This document shows positions 9,294 through 18,524 of a stretch of 49,058 nt of DNA, piece by piece. The notes below the pieces were generated by a model. It worked only from the letters and a program-made list of their open reading frames with translations. It did not search any database and was not told the DNA's origin. Both the position numbers and the translations under genes were made by a program. How positions within the stretch are numbered: position 1 is the stretch's first letter; each line of letters opens with the position of its first letter. Origin of the DNA: Nitrososphaerales archaeon (GTDB lineage Archaea; Thermoproteota; Nitrososphaeria; Nitrososphaerales; JANXEG01); the NCBI GenBank assembly GCA_025058425.1, contig JANXEG010000001.1, positions 1-49,058 of the forward strand, in the 5' to 3' direction.

Positions 9294-9442
9294 CCTTTAA
9301 TATAAGATTGGTGTTATAATTAGCTGAATCTGCGAATCTCTTATCAGAATTCAAGTTTATGGGCTACCTTATTCTTAAGTAGATCTGGATTAAGTACGCG
9401 GTTCATTAGGCTGTAAGTCTGATCATAGGGTTAAATTCTAAC

Positions 9443-10912
9443 CTAAATATCAAAGTATAAGTAAAATTCGTGAGGATGAGGTCTCATATCCACCTCCATG
9501 GCTTCTTTCTTCTTTAATTCGATGTACGTCTCTATAGCATCTTTACTAAAGATCGGTCTTAAGAACTCATGGTCACACTCTAAACACTCTATCGCCTCTC
9601 TCAAGCTCCCAGGCAGCTCTTTGATACCCAGCTGCTTTCTCCGCTCGGGTGTGAGCTTGTATATATCCTCATCGATAGGACCACCCATATCGATCTTCTT
9701 CTTTATACCATCTATACCCGCAGCGACTATAGCGGAGAAGCAGAGGTACGGGTTGGTAGATGGGTCTGGAGGTCTATATTCGATTCTCTTTTCATCTACG
9801 AATCTTTCGCCTTTGCGATATATTGGGATCCTAATACTCGCCGATCGATTCCCGATACTCCAAGCGATGTATACGGGGGCTTCATAACCCGGTACAAGCC
9901 TCTTATATGAGTTTGTCGTGGGTGCGACGATCGCTGCCAACGCTCTGCTATGCTCCATCAACCCTCCTCCAAAGTACCTTGCAGTCTGACTGAGCTCGGC
10001 ATATTCGTCATTAGGATCGTAAAAGACATTTTCGTTACCCTTCCATAAACTTACATGAGTATGCATACCCGAAGCGTTATCACCATAGATAGGTTTAGGC
10101 ATAAATGTCGCTACCTTACCTATCGAATGTGCAACATTCTTCACCACATACTTAAAGCTCATGACATTATCTGCCATATTTACAAGGTTATCGAAGCATA
10201 GGTTGATCTCACACTGACCTGCAGTGGCTACTTCGTGATGGTGCGCTTCAACCGCCATACCGAAGTACTCTTCCATCAATCTGGTACATTCATTCCGGAA
10301 ATCCATGAGTGTATCTTGAGGGGGTGTAGAGTAGTAACCCTCTCTAAATCTCGTTAAATAATTAGCCCCTCCACTACTCCACGCACCTTCTTTAGACTCG
10401 ATCGCATAGGTTTGGCCACGATATGGTGATAATGTATCCCAAGTAACACGATCGAAGACGAAAAATTCGATCTCAGGACCCCAATAAGAGTAATCATAAC
10501 CTAGCTCGAGAATAGCCTGCTCAGCCCTCTGGGCGATGAGCCTTGGATCTCTGGAGAATCTACCTCGATCGGAGCCCCAATAAACATCACAGATGAACCT
10601 CGCAACCTTTAAATTCTCAGAGGACCAAGGTATCAAAGCGAATGTCGTTGGATCTGGGAGTAGAACCATATCCGATTCGTAAATTTCTGTAAATCCTTTA
10701 ACCGCTGAACCATCGAGCTTCGGTATTCCGGAACGAAAGACCTCGATCTTAAATGTCGATGATGGTACCGTTACGTGATGAAATCTTCCAATCAGATCGG
10801 TAAATTGTAGATCGATGAATCTCACACCTTCTCTTTTGATGATATCCATTACTTCTTGAGCGGTTCTCTTTATTTGAACCAACCTACCCTCCGGATTTCT
10901 TACGTATGGCAT
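9443..10912 (-). CDS. glnA: glutamine synthetase type I
   Basis: GS family blocks are present (FIDLQFTDLIGRFHHVTVP; GDNASGMHTHVSLW; NSYKRLVPGYEAP). The track ORF begins at a TTG (10924). ATG 10912 (MPYVRNPEG), preceded by GGTG, is the more likely start. Confidence 0.9.
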   Translation of the reverse strand: MPYVRNPEGRLVQIKRTAQEVMDIIKREGVRFIDLQFTDLIGRFHHVTVPSSTFKIEVFRSGIPKLDGSAVKGFTEIYESDMVLLPDPTTFALIPWSSENLKVARFICDVYWGSDRGRFSRDPRLIAQRAEQAILELGYDYSYWGPEIEFFVFDRVTWDTLSPYRGQTYAIESKEGAWSSGGANYLTRFREGYYSTPPQDTLMDFRNECTRLMEEYFGMAVEAHHHEVATAGQCEINLCFDNLVNMADNVMSFKYVVKNVAHSIGKVATFMPKPIYGDNASGMHTHVSLWKGNENVFYDPNDEYAELSQTARYFGGGLMEHSRALAAIVAPTTNSYKRLVPGYEAPVYIAWSIGNRSASIRIPIYRKGERFVDEKRIEYRPPDPSTNPYLCFSAIVAAGIDGIKKKIDMGGPIDEDIYKLTPERRKQLGIKELPGSLREAIECLECDHEFLRPIFSKDAIETYIELKKKEAMEVDMRPHPHEFYLYFDI

Positions 10913-11027
10913 ACCATACACCAACTATAGCGAGGATCACTATACCATATCCTTTAAGAGGACATGTATATATATTTTACGTAATTTTTTGAACATATGT
11001 TAAAGAATGGTAAAAAGAAAATAACAT

Positions 11028-11519
11028 TTATTCATGGATCAACGGTAGTCGAAAATCTTCTTTAATGATCGTTAAAACTACTTTTGTATTCGTCCGCTCT
11101 ACAAATGGCATAGATAAGATCTTTTTGGTAAATGCGCTTAACTCTTGCCTACTTTTGAACTTGGCTATCACCATTGCATCAGATAGACCGGTCACATCAT
11201 ATACTGCACATGCATGTGGTAATTTAGCTAATTCAGCCTCCATCTCTAATAACTTACCTTTAGATACTGTAACTTCCGTTATGGCGGTAAGTTCGTAACC
11301 TAACTTTTCATAATCGATGATCACCGAGTACCCTTTTATAATGCCTAACGCCTCCAGCTTCTTCGTCCTTTTGAGAACGGTTCCTACGGAGAGACCGAGC
11401 TTTTTTGCGATCTCTCGAAAAGATTGTCGGGCATCACGCAGATACTCTTTTAAAATCTTTATATCGATTTCATCACATTCCGATCTTTGCATGTACGTAT
11501 CCAGATATTTGAATATCAT
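11028..11519 (-). CDS. Lrp/AsnC-family transcriptional regulator
   Basis: 163 aa with an N-terminal HTH (IDIKILKEYLRDARQSFREIAKKLGLSVGTVLKRTKKLEALGIIKGY) plus a C-terminal RAM domain. The real start may be the internal Met (MQRSEC..., ~11492). It lies directly upstream of glnA on the same strand. Confidence 0.85.
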   Translation of the reverse strand: MIFKYLDTYMQRSECDEIDIKILKEYLRDARQSFREIAKKLGLSVGTVLKRTKKLEALGIIKGYSVIIDYEKLGYELTAITEVTVSKGKLLEMEAELAKLPHACAVYDVTGLSDAMVIAKFKSRQELSAFTKKILSMPFVERTNTKVVLTIIKEDFRLPLIHE

Positions 11520-11666
11520 CTAGATATATAAACATAAAAGATTTAAGAGCCGTTAGAACTTATTTGTAAAAACCCAAAATTTCATCATCGATGATTAAGA
11601 GAATTGCATTAATTAAAAAAACAAAAAAGAAAGAAAGATGGGATAAAAATATGATTGATGTTGTGA

Positions 11667-12275
11667 TTATTTCAGTAACTTTTCAAGTCTTCTATTAACT
11701 TCATCGAAGTTGACGATATTCCAGAAGGTTTCGACGAACTTTGCCCTATCATTCTTGTAATCGATGTAGTACGCATGCTCGAATACATCTAGAACCATCA
11801 CTATTCTGAACATTGGATATACATTGGTATTGTGCTTTTCGATCTGCATTATCAACGGTCTTTGGGTTTGCATACAGTATGTAAGTGCAGCCCAACCGGA
11901 GCCTTCAACACTAATAGCCGCTTGAGTAAACTCCTTCTTGAACCTTTCAAAACTTCCGAACTCCCTTTCCAAGGAATCACCAAGTACTCCACCAGGCCTT
12001 CCGCCACCCTTGCCCGGAGGGGCCAGATTCTCCCAGAAGAGCGAATGAAGAACATGTCCACCTATATTCCATGAGAGTTCCTTCAATGTCGCTTTAATAT
12101 CGATATCGATATTTTCTTTACGCGCATTATCCAACCTTTGTAGTAGTGTATTTGCACCATTCACATAAGCCTGATGATGCTTTGTATGATGGATCCTTAA
12201 TTGCTCCTCAGACATGTAAGGCGCTAAATCACCGTACCCGTACGGCAGTTTAGGTAGGGTATAAAATTTCTCCAT
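11667..12275 (-). CDS. sod: Fe/Mn superoxide dismutase
   Basis: [34 protein letters not shown] and [13 protein letters not shown] are canonical Fe/Mn-SOD metal-ligand blocks. The likely start is MEKFYTLP at 12275; the track ORF extends to 12299. Confidence 0.92.
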   Translation of the reverse strand: MEKFYTLPKLPYGYGDLAPYMSEEQLRIHHTKHHQAYVNGANTLLQRLDNARKENIDIDIKATLKELSWNIGGHVLHSLFWENLAPPGKGGGRPGGVLGDSLEREFGSFERFKKEFTQAAISVEGSGWAALTYCMQTQRPLIMQIEKHNTNVYPMFRIVMVLDVFEHAYYIDYKNDRAKFVETFWNIVNFDEVNRRLEKLLK

Positions 12276-12457
12276 ACGACAATCTCTCTGTAGAATCATA
12301 CCATATATAGTTTACTGGTTTTTCTACAATAGCGCTAAAAGAGTAAGGTTATCAGTTATCAAGTTACCATCCGTATAAATATCCCTAAAGATTCGAATTT
12401 ACAAGGCCAAAGAAAAGGAATTATAAGATTCGATATCATAGTTTTACAAGATGGTTT

Positions 12458-13387
12458 ATGAATAAGAAGGTGATCGCGGGTACGATCGTGACGATCCTTA
12501 CGATCGTCGTTATCGTTAATTTATTAACCCCTACAAAGCCTTCTTCACCAGATTCAACTTCTACAATCACACCCACGCCGCTACCTAATTCTACGAGTTC
12601 GCTACAAGTCGGTAAAGTAACCGTTCATTTTATCGATGTCGGTCAAGGAGATTCGATCTTCATAGACACACAAGGAAAGGATGTGCTTATAGATGGTGGC
12701 CCAAAGTCTGCTGGTGAGAATGTTGTAAGATACCTCTTGCACCTTAATATAACCCGCATAGATATTATAATAGCTACTCATCCACACGCAGATCATATCG
12801 GAGGGTTGATCGTAGTTATGCAGGAGTTCGATCTACGTGGCTATCCGATCATAACGGTTTACGATTCTGGATTTAAAGTAGATACCAAGATTTATGAAGA
12901 GTATATAGCCTTAGCTAAGAAACGAAATTTTGTAAAGGCTGAGAGGGGCCAGAGGATAGAGCTGGACAACATGAGTTGTATCACGATTTTAAATCCAACC
13001 CAACCCCCACCATTTAAAGATCCGAATGATAACAGCATTGTAGTTAGACTTCAGGTCAACTTGGTAAGCTTTCTATTCACCGGAGATGCGGAGAAGGATG
13101 CTGAGCGAAGCATCCTTGACGCTCAGTTAGAAGTGAAGAGTAATATTTTAAAGGTCGGGCATCACGGTAGTAGAACATCCACATCCTTAGAATTTCTAGA
13201 TGCTGTGAAGCCAGAAGTCGCGATCATCAGCGTGGGCAAAGATAATCCTTATGGACATCCACATAAAGAGATTATAAATAGGTTGGTAGCTAGAGGTGTA
13301 AGGGTGTATCGGACCGATCTCGATGGTACGATCATCATATCTACAGATGGAGTTACCTATAGTGTTAGAAGTATAATTCGGCATTGA
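12458..13387 (+). CDS. membrane-anchored, probably extracellular metallo-beta-lactamase-fold hydrolase related to the ComEC/Rec2 C-terminal domain
   Basis: 309 aa with an N-terminal TM helix and a Ser/Thr/Pro-rich linker. This is followed by HFIDVGQGDSIFID, ATHPHADHIGG (HxHxDH) and VGHHGS motifs, as in the ComEC MBL domain. Confidence 0.7.
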   Translation: MNKKVIAGTIVTILTIVVIVNLLTPTKPSSPDSTSTITPTPLPNSTSSLQVGKVTVHFIDVGQGDSIFIDTQGKDVLIDGGPKSAGENVVRYLLHLNITRIDIIIATHPHADHIGGLIVVMQEFDLRGYPIITVYDSGFKVDTKIYEEYIALAKKRNFVKAERGQRIELDNMSCITILNPTQPPPFKDPNDNSIVVRLQVNLVSFLFTGDAEKDAERSILDAQLEVKSNILKVGHHGSRTSTSLEFLDAVKPEVAIISVGKDNPYGHPHKEIINRLVARGVRVYRTDLDGTIIISTDGVTYSVRSIIRH

Positions 13388-13448
13388 GATTCAGTTTAAA
13401 CTTGAAATTTGATCGTTTTGTCCAGATTTCAGATTTAAATAATAATAA

Positions 13449-13555
13449 TGGTGGGACTGCCCGGATTTGAACCGGGGACCTTTCGGTTTCTGCTTTCGAT
13501 TATCAGCCGAACGCTCCTCGGCCCATTAAGGATAACCAAGCTGAGCTACAGTCCC
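13449..13555 (-). tRNA. tRNA-Ile (anticodon GAU), 107 nt including encoded CCA, carrying two insertions (about 16 nt in the D-loop, 13 nt at or next to the anticodon loop)
   Basis: The hand-folded reverse complement reads GGGACTG-TA-GCTC-[26-nt D-loop]-GAGC-G-TTCGG-CTGATAA-...-CCGAA-AGGTC-CCCGG-TTCAAAT-CCGGG-CAGTCCC-A-CCA. The acceptor stem has 7 perfect pairs and the T-arm is canonical (GGTTCAAATCC). The anticodon GAT lies at 13504..13502. A T-rich tract follows the CCA. Confidence 0.8.
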
Positions 13556-13589
13556 ACCGATAAATCCAGAACCTCTCCATCCTCCATTC

Positions 13590-13598
13590 TATATTTTT
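13590..13598 (-). promoter_or_regulatory. candidate TATA box for the tRNA-Ile gene
   Basis: The reverse strand reads AAAAATATA, about 35-43 nt upstream of the mature tRNA 5' end. This is compatible with a short 5' leader. Confidence 0.35.
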
Positions 13599-13743
13599 AC
13601 CTTTGGACCTCTATAAAAATTATGCACCATCTATATGAGATGTTTTAGAAGTGTTATAGAAGAAGATTTCCGTTTAAGATCCTAAGAATAAGGCAAGGTT
13701 TAATTCCAAAGTACGGTTTGTCATAAGTGATGAGTGATGATAG

Positions 13744-15081
13744 ATGGTAGATCTGCAAGGGTATAGGGGGCCCTCGTTAGAACTCCTTCACAGATCCCAA
13801 GTATCTGTAGGAGACTCGATTGTAGTAGAGACCGATGATGCCATTTATGAAGGGGTTCTGATGCCACGCTACGAATTCGCTGATGATCGGCATATTGTGA
13901 TAAAGTTGAAGAATGGTTACAACATAGGCATTCACATTAAGAGAATAAAGAATATCGTTAGAAGGGCTAAGAAGGAGGATCTACATACCGTTACTCCCAT
14001 CCCTGTATCTGTGAATCAGAATTTACCAAAGGTATCTATAGTGAGTACTGGAGGGACGATTGCGAGTAGAGTCGATTATAGAACGGGTGGTGTGTATCCG
14101 GCACTTTCAGCGAGTGATCTATACACATCGGTACCCGAGCTTTCTCAATATGCCCAAATAGACGCAGAAGTCTTATTCAATATCTACAGCGAAAATATCG
14201 AAGTTACGCATTGGGAAGCGATGGCGATGAAGGTTGCGGAGAAGGTGAGAGAGGGTTTTCACGGCGTAGTTATAACACATGGTACCGATACGATGGGCTA
14301 TACATCGGCTGCATTGAGCTTCGCCCTTCTAAATGTGCCTATACCAGTAGCTATCGTAGGTTCACAAAGATCGTCCGATAGACCATCTTCAGATGCCGCC
14401 TTGAACTTAATAGGTAGCGTAGTTTTGGCTGCAAGGGCGCCATTTTCAGGGGTTTATGTGGTGATGCACTCGAGTATGAATGATGATACCTTAGCGGTTC
14501 ATCTGGGCACCAGAGTGAGGAAGAACCATACAAGTAGAAGGGATGCTTTCGAATCTATCGATACCCCACCCGTTGCATATATCAAAGATGGGTCGTTGGA
14601 GATGGTCTTGAATAATTTACCTTTAAGAAGGGATGATCGTGAGTTTAATCCGAGAGCGAAGTTCGATCATAGGGTCGCCCTGTTAAAATTCCACCCGGGA
14701 TTCGATCCATCGATCATCGAATATTTAACCGATCGAGGTTATAGAGGTATCGTACTTGAAGGTACTGGACTGGGCCATGTGAGCAATAAATGCTTCCCAG
14801 CTTTAAGAAAAGCCATAGATAGAGGAGTATTGGTGATGATGACTTCACAGTGTATCTGGGGTAGAGTGAGGATGACGGTTTATGAAACTGGGCGTGACCT
14901 TCTCAACATAGGCGTGATACCATTGGAAGGTATGCTCCCCGAAACAGCGTTGGTAAAGATGATGTGGGTTTTAGCCCATACGAGCAATGAGGAGGATGCG
15001 AAACGACTTATGTTGACAAACCTTGCAGGAGAGTTTATAAGTCGTTCACCATTAAAGAGGAGGTTTAACGATGGCCTTTGA
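13744..15081 (+). CDS. gatD: Glu-tRNA(Gln) amidotransferase subunit D
   Basis: 445 aa with an asparaginase-type domain (IVSTGGTIAS; ITHGTDTM) after the archaeal GatD N-terminal domain. It overlaps gatE by 11 nt. Confidence 0.9.
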   Translation: MVDLQGYRGPSLELLHRSQVSVGDSIVVETDDAIYEGVLMPRYEFADDRHIVIKLKNGYNIGIHIKRIKNIVRRAKKEDLHTVTPIPVSVNQNLPKVSIVSTGGTIASRVDYRTGGVYPALSASDLYTSVPELSQYAQIDAEVLFNIYSENIEVTHWEAMAMKVAEKVREGFHGVVITHGTDTMGYTSAALSFALLNVPIPVAIVGSQRSSDRPSSDAALNLIGSVVLAARAPFSGVYVVMHSSMNDDTLAVHLGTRVRKNHTSRRDAFESIDTPPVAYIKDGSLEMVLNNLPLRRDDREFNPRAKFDHRVALLKFHPGFDPSIIEYLTDRGYRGIVLEGTGLGHVSNKCFPALRKAIDRGVLVMMTSQCIWGRVRMTVYETGRDLLNIGVIPLEGMLPETALVKMMWVLAHTSNEEDAKRLMLTNLAGEFISRSPLKRRFNDGL

Positions 15082-16969
15082 TCCTGAAGAAATCGGTTTA
15101 AAGGTAGGGTTAGAGATCCATCAACAATTGGCCACCAAAAGTAAACTCTTCTGTGAATGTAGTAACCTCCCCGAGTCAGATTTCCAATTTAATTTTATCA
15201 GACGGCTTCGACCGACACAGAGTGAATTGGGCCAGATAGATCCTGCAGCACTCTTTGAATTCAAGAAAGGTATGTCTATCAAATATTTGGCGGGGAGTAA
15301 AAGTGCATGCTTGGTCGAGGCTGATGAAGAGCCTCCCCACGATATCAATAAAGAAGCTATAGAATCTGCGATCTTGATCGCTCTGATGCTAAAATCGAAT
15401 GTGGTGGATGAAATACATGTTATGAGAAAGATTGTGATCGATGGTTCCAACACTACAGGCTTTCAGAGAACCTTCATCGTAGCTTTAGGTGGTGCATTAC
15501 AAGTAGGTAATAAAACGATACCTGTACAAACGATATGTCTTGAAGAAGATGCGTGCAGACTTTTAAATGAAGGGGATAAGAGTCGTGAATATAGTTTAGA
15601 TCGATTGGGCGTACCTTTGATAGAAGTCGCCCTAGCCCCTTTCACTGGCACACCTCAAGAAGTACAAGAAGTCGCCCTAGCTTTAGGGAGGTTGCTGAGA
15701 TCTACAAAAAGAGTGGCTAGGGGGCTCGGTACCATAAGGCAAGATCTTAATATCTCGATCAAGGGCGGGGGTATCGTAGAGGTCAAGGGTGTACAGAAGC
15801 TCGATCTTTTGGGAAAGATCGTCGAGTTTGAGGTCCATAGGCAATTGGCACTGATCGAAGTTGGTAAGAGATTGAGAGATAGTGGGTTGACACCGAACGA
15901 TTTTAATGAGGATTTTGTAGATGTGAGCGATATCTTCAAAGGTACGGGCTCTTTGATATTAAAGAGAGCTTTAGAGCGAAGGGATCTAATAATCGCTTCA
16001 AAGCTTAAGAATTGTAAAGGTTTGTTAAAGTATGAACCATATCCGGATGTCAGGCTCGGTAAAGAATTGGCCGATCTTGTTCGATTCTATGGTTTAGGTG
16101 GCATAATACATTCAGACGAATTGCCCAACTATGGTATAAGTGAAGATGAGATAAATCGAGTTAGAGAAAGGTTAAGGCTAGATGATGAAGATGCATTCAT
16201 CATCCTGATCGGTTCAGAGTATAGTGTTCAAGAAGCGTTAAAGGCTGTAGTGAATTACCTTCGTGAAGTAATAAAAGGTGTGCCATCAGAGACTAGAGGC
16301 CCTACACCCGATGGTAAAACAAGATTTACCCGACCTAGACCCGGAGCGGCAAGGATGTACCCTGAAACCGATATCCCTCCATTCCAAGTATCTGAAGAAC
16401 TCATAAAAAGATTATCCCTTCAGATCCCCAAGCCCTGGCAAGAACAGGTGGAGGAGTACAGAGTGAAGTATGGATTAAGTTATAAACTCGCGCTACAGCT
16501 CTATGACTCCGATTACGTAGATATCTTTAATGAATTGGTATCGATGACAAGGATTTCGCCCAGCTTTATCGCTACCGTCCTACTGGAGATTTTGGTCAAT
16601 CTCTCTCGCTCGGGCTTTGATACCTCTCGGATCGATGAAAGAATCTTAAGGAGTTTATTCAAAGCTTTGGATGAAGGAAGGATCTCGAAGGAGGCTGTTC
16701 AAGAGATTTTAGAAGTTATAGCGAAGGGAGAGGTCGATAGTGTAGAGTCAGCTATCGAAAGGTTAAAGCTCTACCCAATTTCTGATGATGAATTAAAGAG
16801 TATCATCGATAAAACCATCCAGGATAATTTGAATTTAGTGAAGGAAAGGGGTGAACATTCATTCAGCATTCTAATGGGAAGAGTTATGAAGATTGTGAGA
16901 GGGAGAGTAGATGGTCAGAAAGTGAGTATGGTATTGAAAGAGAAGATTAAAGAGGCCATGCGTATTTAA
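15071..16969 (+). CDS. gatE: Glu-tRNA(Gln) amidotransferase subunit E
   Basis: 632 aa. The N-terminus LKVGLEIHQQL...KLFC and the length and insertion architecture are typical of archaeal GatE. Paired with gatD. Confidence 0.9.
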   Translation: MAFDPEEIGLKVGLEIHQQLATKSKLFCECSNLPESDFQFNFIRRLRPTQSELGQIDPAALFEFKKGMSIKYLAGSKSACLVEADEEPPHDINKEAIESAILIALMLKSNVVDEIHVMRKIVIDGSNTTGFQRTFIVALGGALQVGNKTIPVQTICLEEDACRLLNEGDKSREYSLDRLGVPLIEVALAPFTGTPQEVQEVALALGRLLRSTKRVARGLGTIRQDLNISIKGGGIVEVKGVQKLDLLGKIVEFEVHRQLALIEVGKRLRDSGLTPNDFNEDFVDVSDIFKGTGSLILKRALERRDLIIASKLKNCKGLLKYEPYPDVRLGKELADLVRFYGLGGIIHSDELPNYGISEDEINRVRERLRLDDEDAFIILIGSEYSVQEALKAVVNYLREVIKGVPSETRGPTPDGKTRFTRPRPGAARMYPETDIPPFQVSEELIKRLSLQIPKPWQEQVEEYRVKYGLSYKLALQLYDSDYVDIFNELVSMTRISPSFIATVLLEILVNLSRSGFDTSRIDERILRSLFKALDEGRISKEAVQEILEVIAKGEVDSVESAIERLKLYPISDDELKSIIDKTIQDNLNLVKERGEHSFSILMGRVMKIVRGRVDGQKVSMVLKEKIKEAMRI

Positions 16970-17064
16970 TTTATGTAAACAGTTTTATTTTCAAGTTACA
17001 CAACTACACACCAACAAGTTTCTCCATAAACTATATAAGTTATTTTTTACATATTTATTTACAT

Positions 17065-17544
17065 ATGTCTGAAAGTCGTGTGAAGATTAGAATTAGAACT
17101 GGTGCAAATGAAATTGAAATAGAAGCACCGTCCTCAATCCTAAAGGATGCTGTAAATTTAATCCCAGAAATGTTACAGAAATTACCTGAGTCTCAACCGC
17201 ACCATGTCTTTAGAGAGCCCGCTCCACAACAGACCCCCTCACCTACCGTGACCATGGGCTCACCCATACCTGAAATAAAGGTAGAGAAGGACGATTCGTT
17301 GACCGATATAATCATAAGGATCTTTAAGGATCCGTGGGGGCGTACACCTCGTAAATTGAGTGATGTCCGTGCTGTGTTAGATTCTTACGGACTAATCTAC
17401 CCTAAGCAGTCTGTGGCGGTCGCTCTATTGAGATTGGCACAGGCCGGTAAGTTAAGGAGGTTTAAGGGAGAAGGGGGAGAGTATGTTTATACTGCTTCTA
17501 CAGGTCTTGCGGTAGATGAGGCAGATTCGGCACCTACGACCTAA
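17065..17544 (+). CDS. hypothetical protein (Pro/Gln-rich linker, possible C-terminal winged-helix)
   Basis: 159 aa with no family recognised. The C-terminal segment VAVALLRLAQAGKLRRFKGEGGEYVY resembles the recognition helix plus wing of wHTH proteins. A TATA-like CTATATAAG lies about 30 nt upstream of the ATG. Confidence 0.4.
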   Translation: MSESRVKIRIRTGANEIEIEAPSSILKDAVNLIPEMLQKLPESQPHHVFREPAPQQTPSPTVTMGSPIPEIKVEKDDSLTDIIIRIFKDPWGRTPRKLSDVRAVLDSYGLIYPKQSVAVALLRLAQAGKLRRFKGEGGEYVYTASTGLAVDEADSAPTT

Positions 17545-17681
17545 ATCTTTCAATCGGACCATTTACTCAACCATACTAGAATCATAACAAGGTTAAAGAA
17601 AATTACGAGATGGAAGAAAAAGCAGAATCTATTATGAAGAGTCCTCTCCTTATTATGTCACCATTCACATAAATATTCGCT

Positions 17682-18524
17682 TTAATTTTTCATTTCTGAT
17701 GAAGACCTATTCTTATATCCATTTATACAACCACTCTTTATCTCTCTTACAAGTTTAGCGATTTTGTCAAGCTTCTGAAAAGGATTCTTTAAGTTTTTTG
17801 AGTATATTCTTGTGTAAGCACTCCCAACTACCACACCATCGGCTCCATTAGCGATCATAACCTCTGCATGCTCTTTTCTCGATATTCCAAAACCAACCAT
17901 TATTGGGACGGGGCTATAGGCTTTAACATCCTTAATGAGCTTAAATGTTGAATTAACTATCTTCAATTTACTACCTGTGACCCCTTCGAGACTTATTAAA
18001 TATACAAAGCCCGAGGCATTTGTTAAAATCCTCTTAAGCCTCTCATTGGAGGTTGTTGGAGCGATTTGGAAAATCAAATGCAACCCTTTTTCTCTGACCA
18101 TTCTTAGATACGGTTCCGCTTCTTCTAAAGGTAAATCTGGAATTAAGATACCTTGAGCCCCCGCGTCTCTTATTTTCTCTAAAAATTTCTCAAAACCCAT
18201 GACGAATGGAATATTAAAGTATGTAGTTACGATGATAGGTACCTTTAGACCTCTACTCCTAAGCTTTTTAATCCCATCGATACATTTAATAGGTGTTATA
18301 CCAGCGTTTAACGCCCGCTCACACGCTGCTTGAAAGACTGGTCCATCAGCTATAGGATCGGAGAAAGGGATACCGAGCTCTATTATATCAGTACCATTCA
18401 CAACAAGCGTTTCTATCAACTTTATAGAGAATTCTTCGTTGGGATCACCATAGTAAATGTGGGCCATGTGGGCACCTTCTCCTCGCTCTTTCAATTCCAG
18501 AAACTTTTCACTAATTCGATCCAT
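17682..18524 (-). CDS. trpA: tryptophan synthase alpha chain
   Basis: 280 aa with TrpA blocks (ELGIPFSDPIADGPVFQ; GFGIS). Last gene of the trp operon; overlaps trpB by 14 nt. Confidence 0.9.
   Translation of the reverse strand: MDRISEKFLELKERGEGAHMAHIYYGDPNEEFSIKLIETLVVNGTDIIELGIPFSDPIADGPVFQAACERALNAGITPIKCIDGIKKLRSRGLKVPIIVTTYFNIPFVMGFEKFLEKIRDAGAQGILIPDLPLEEAEPYLRMVREKGLHLIFQIAPTTSNERLKRILTNASGFVYLISLEGVTGSKLKIVNSTFKLIKDVKAYSPVPIMVGFGISRKEHAEVMIANGADGVVVGSAYTRIYSKNLKNPFQKLDKIAKLVREIKSGCINGYKNRSSSEMKN

Noticed and set aside
13448-13648. 66-aa + strand ORF (MVGLPGFEPGTFRF...)
   Set aside because: It is the reverse complement of the tRNA-Ile gene and its promoter. The GFEPG string is simply the T-arm read antisense.
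13727-13740. Tandem GTGATGA GTGATGA just upstream of gatD, resembling C boxes of C/D-box sRNAs
   Set aside because: No CTGA D box or C'/D' pair lies at a suitable distance, and the motif ends 3 nt before the gatD ATG. It is more likely a partial Shine-Dalgarno (GGTGAT-like) context.
13388-13743. Possible integrated element next to the tRNA gene
   Set aside because: There is no integrase, no direct repeat of the tRNA 3' end, and no compositional break that I can see. The flanking genes (MBL hydrolase, gatDE) are ordinary chromosomal genes.
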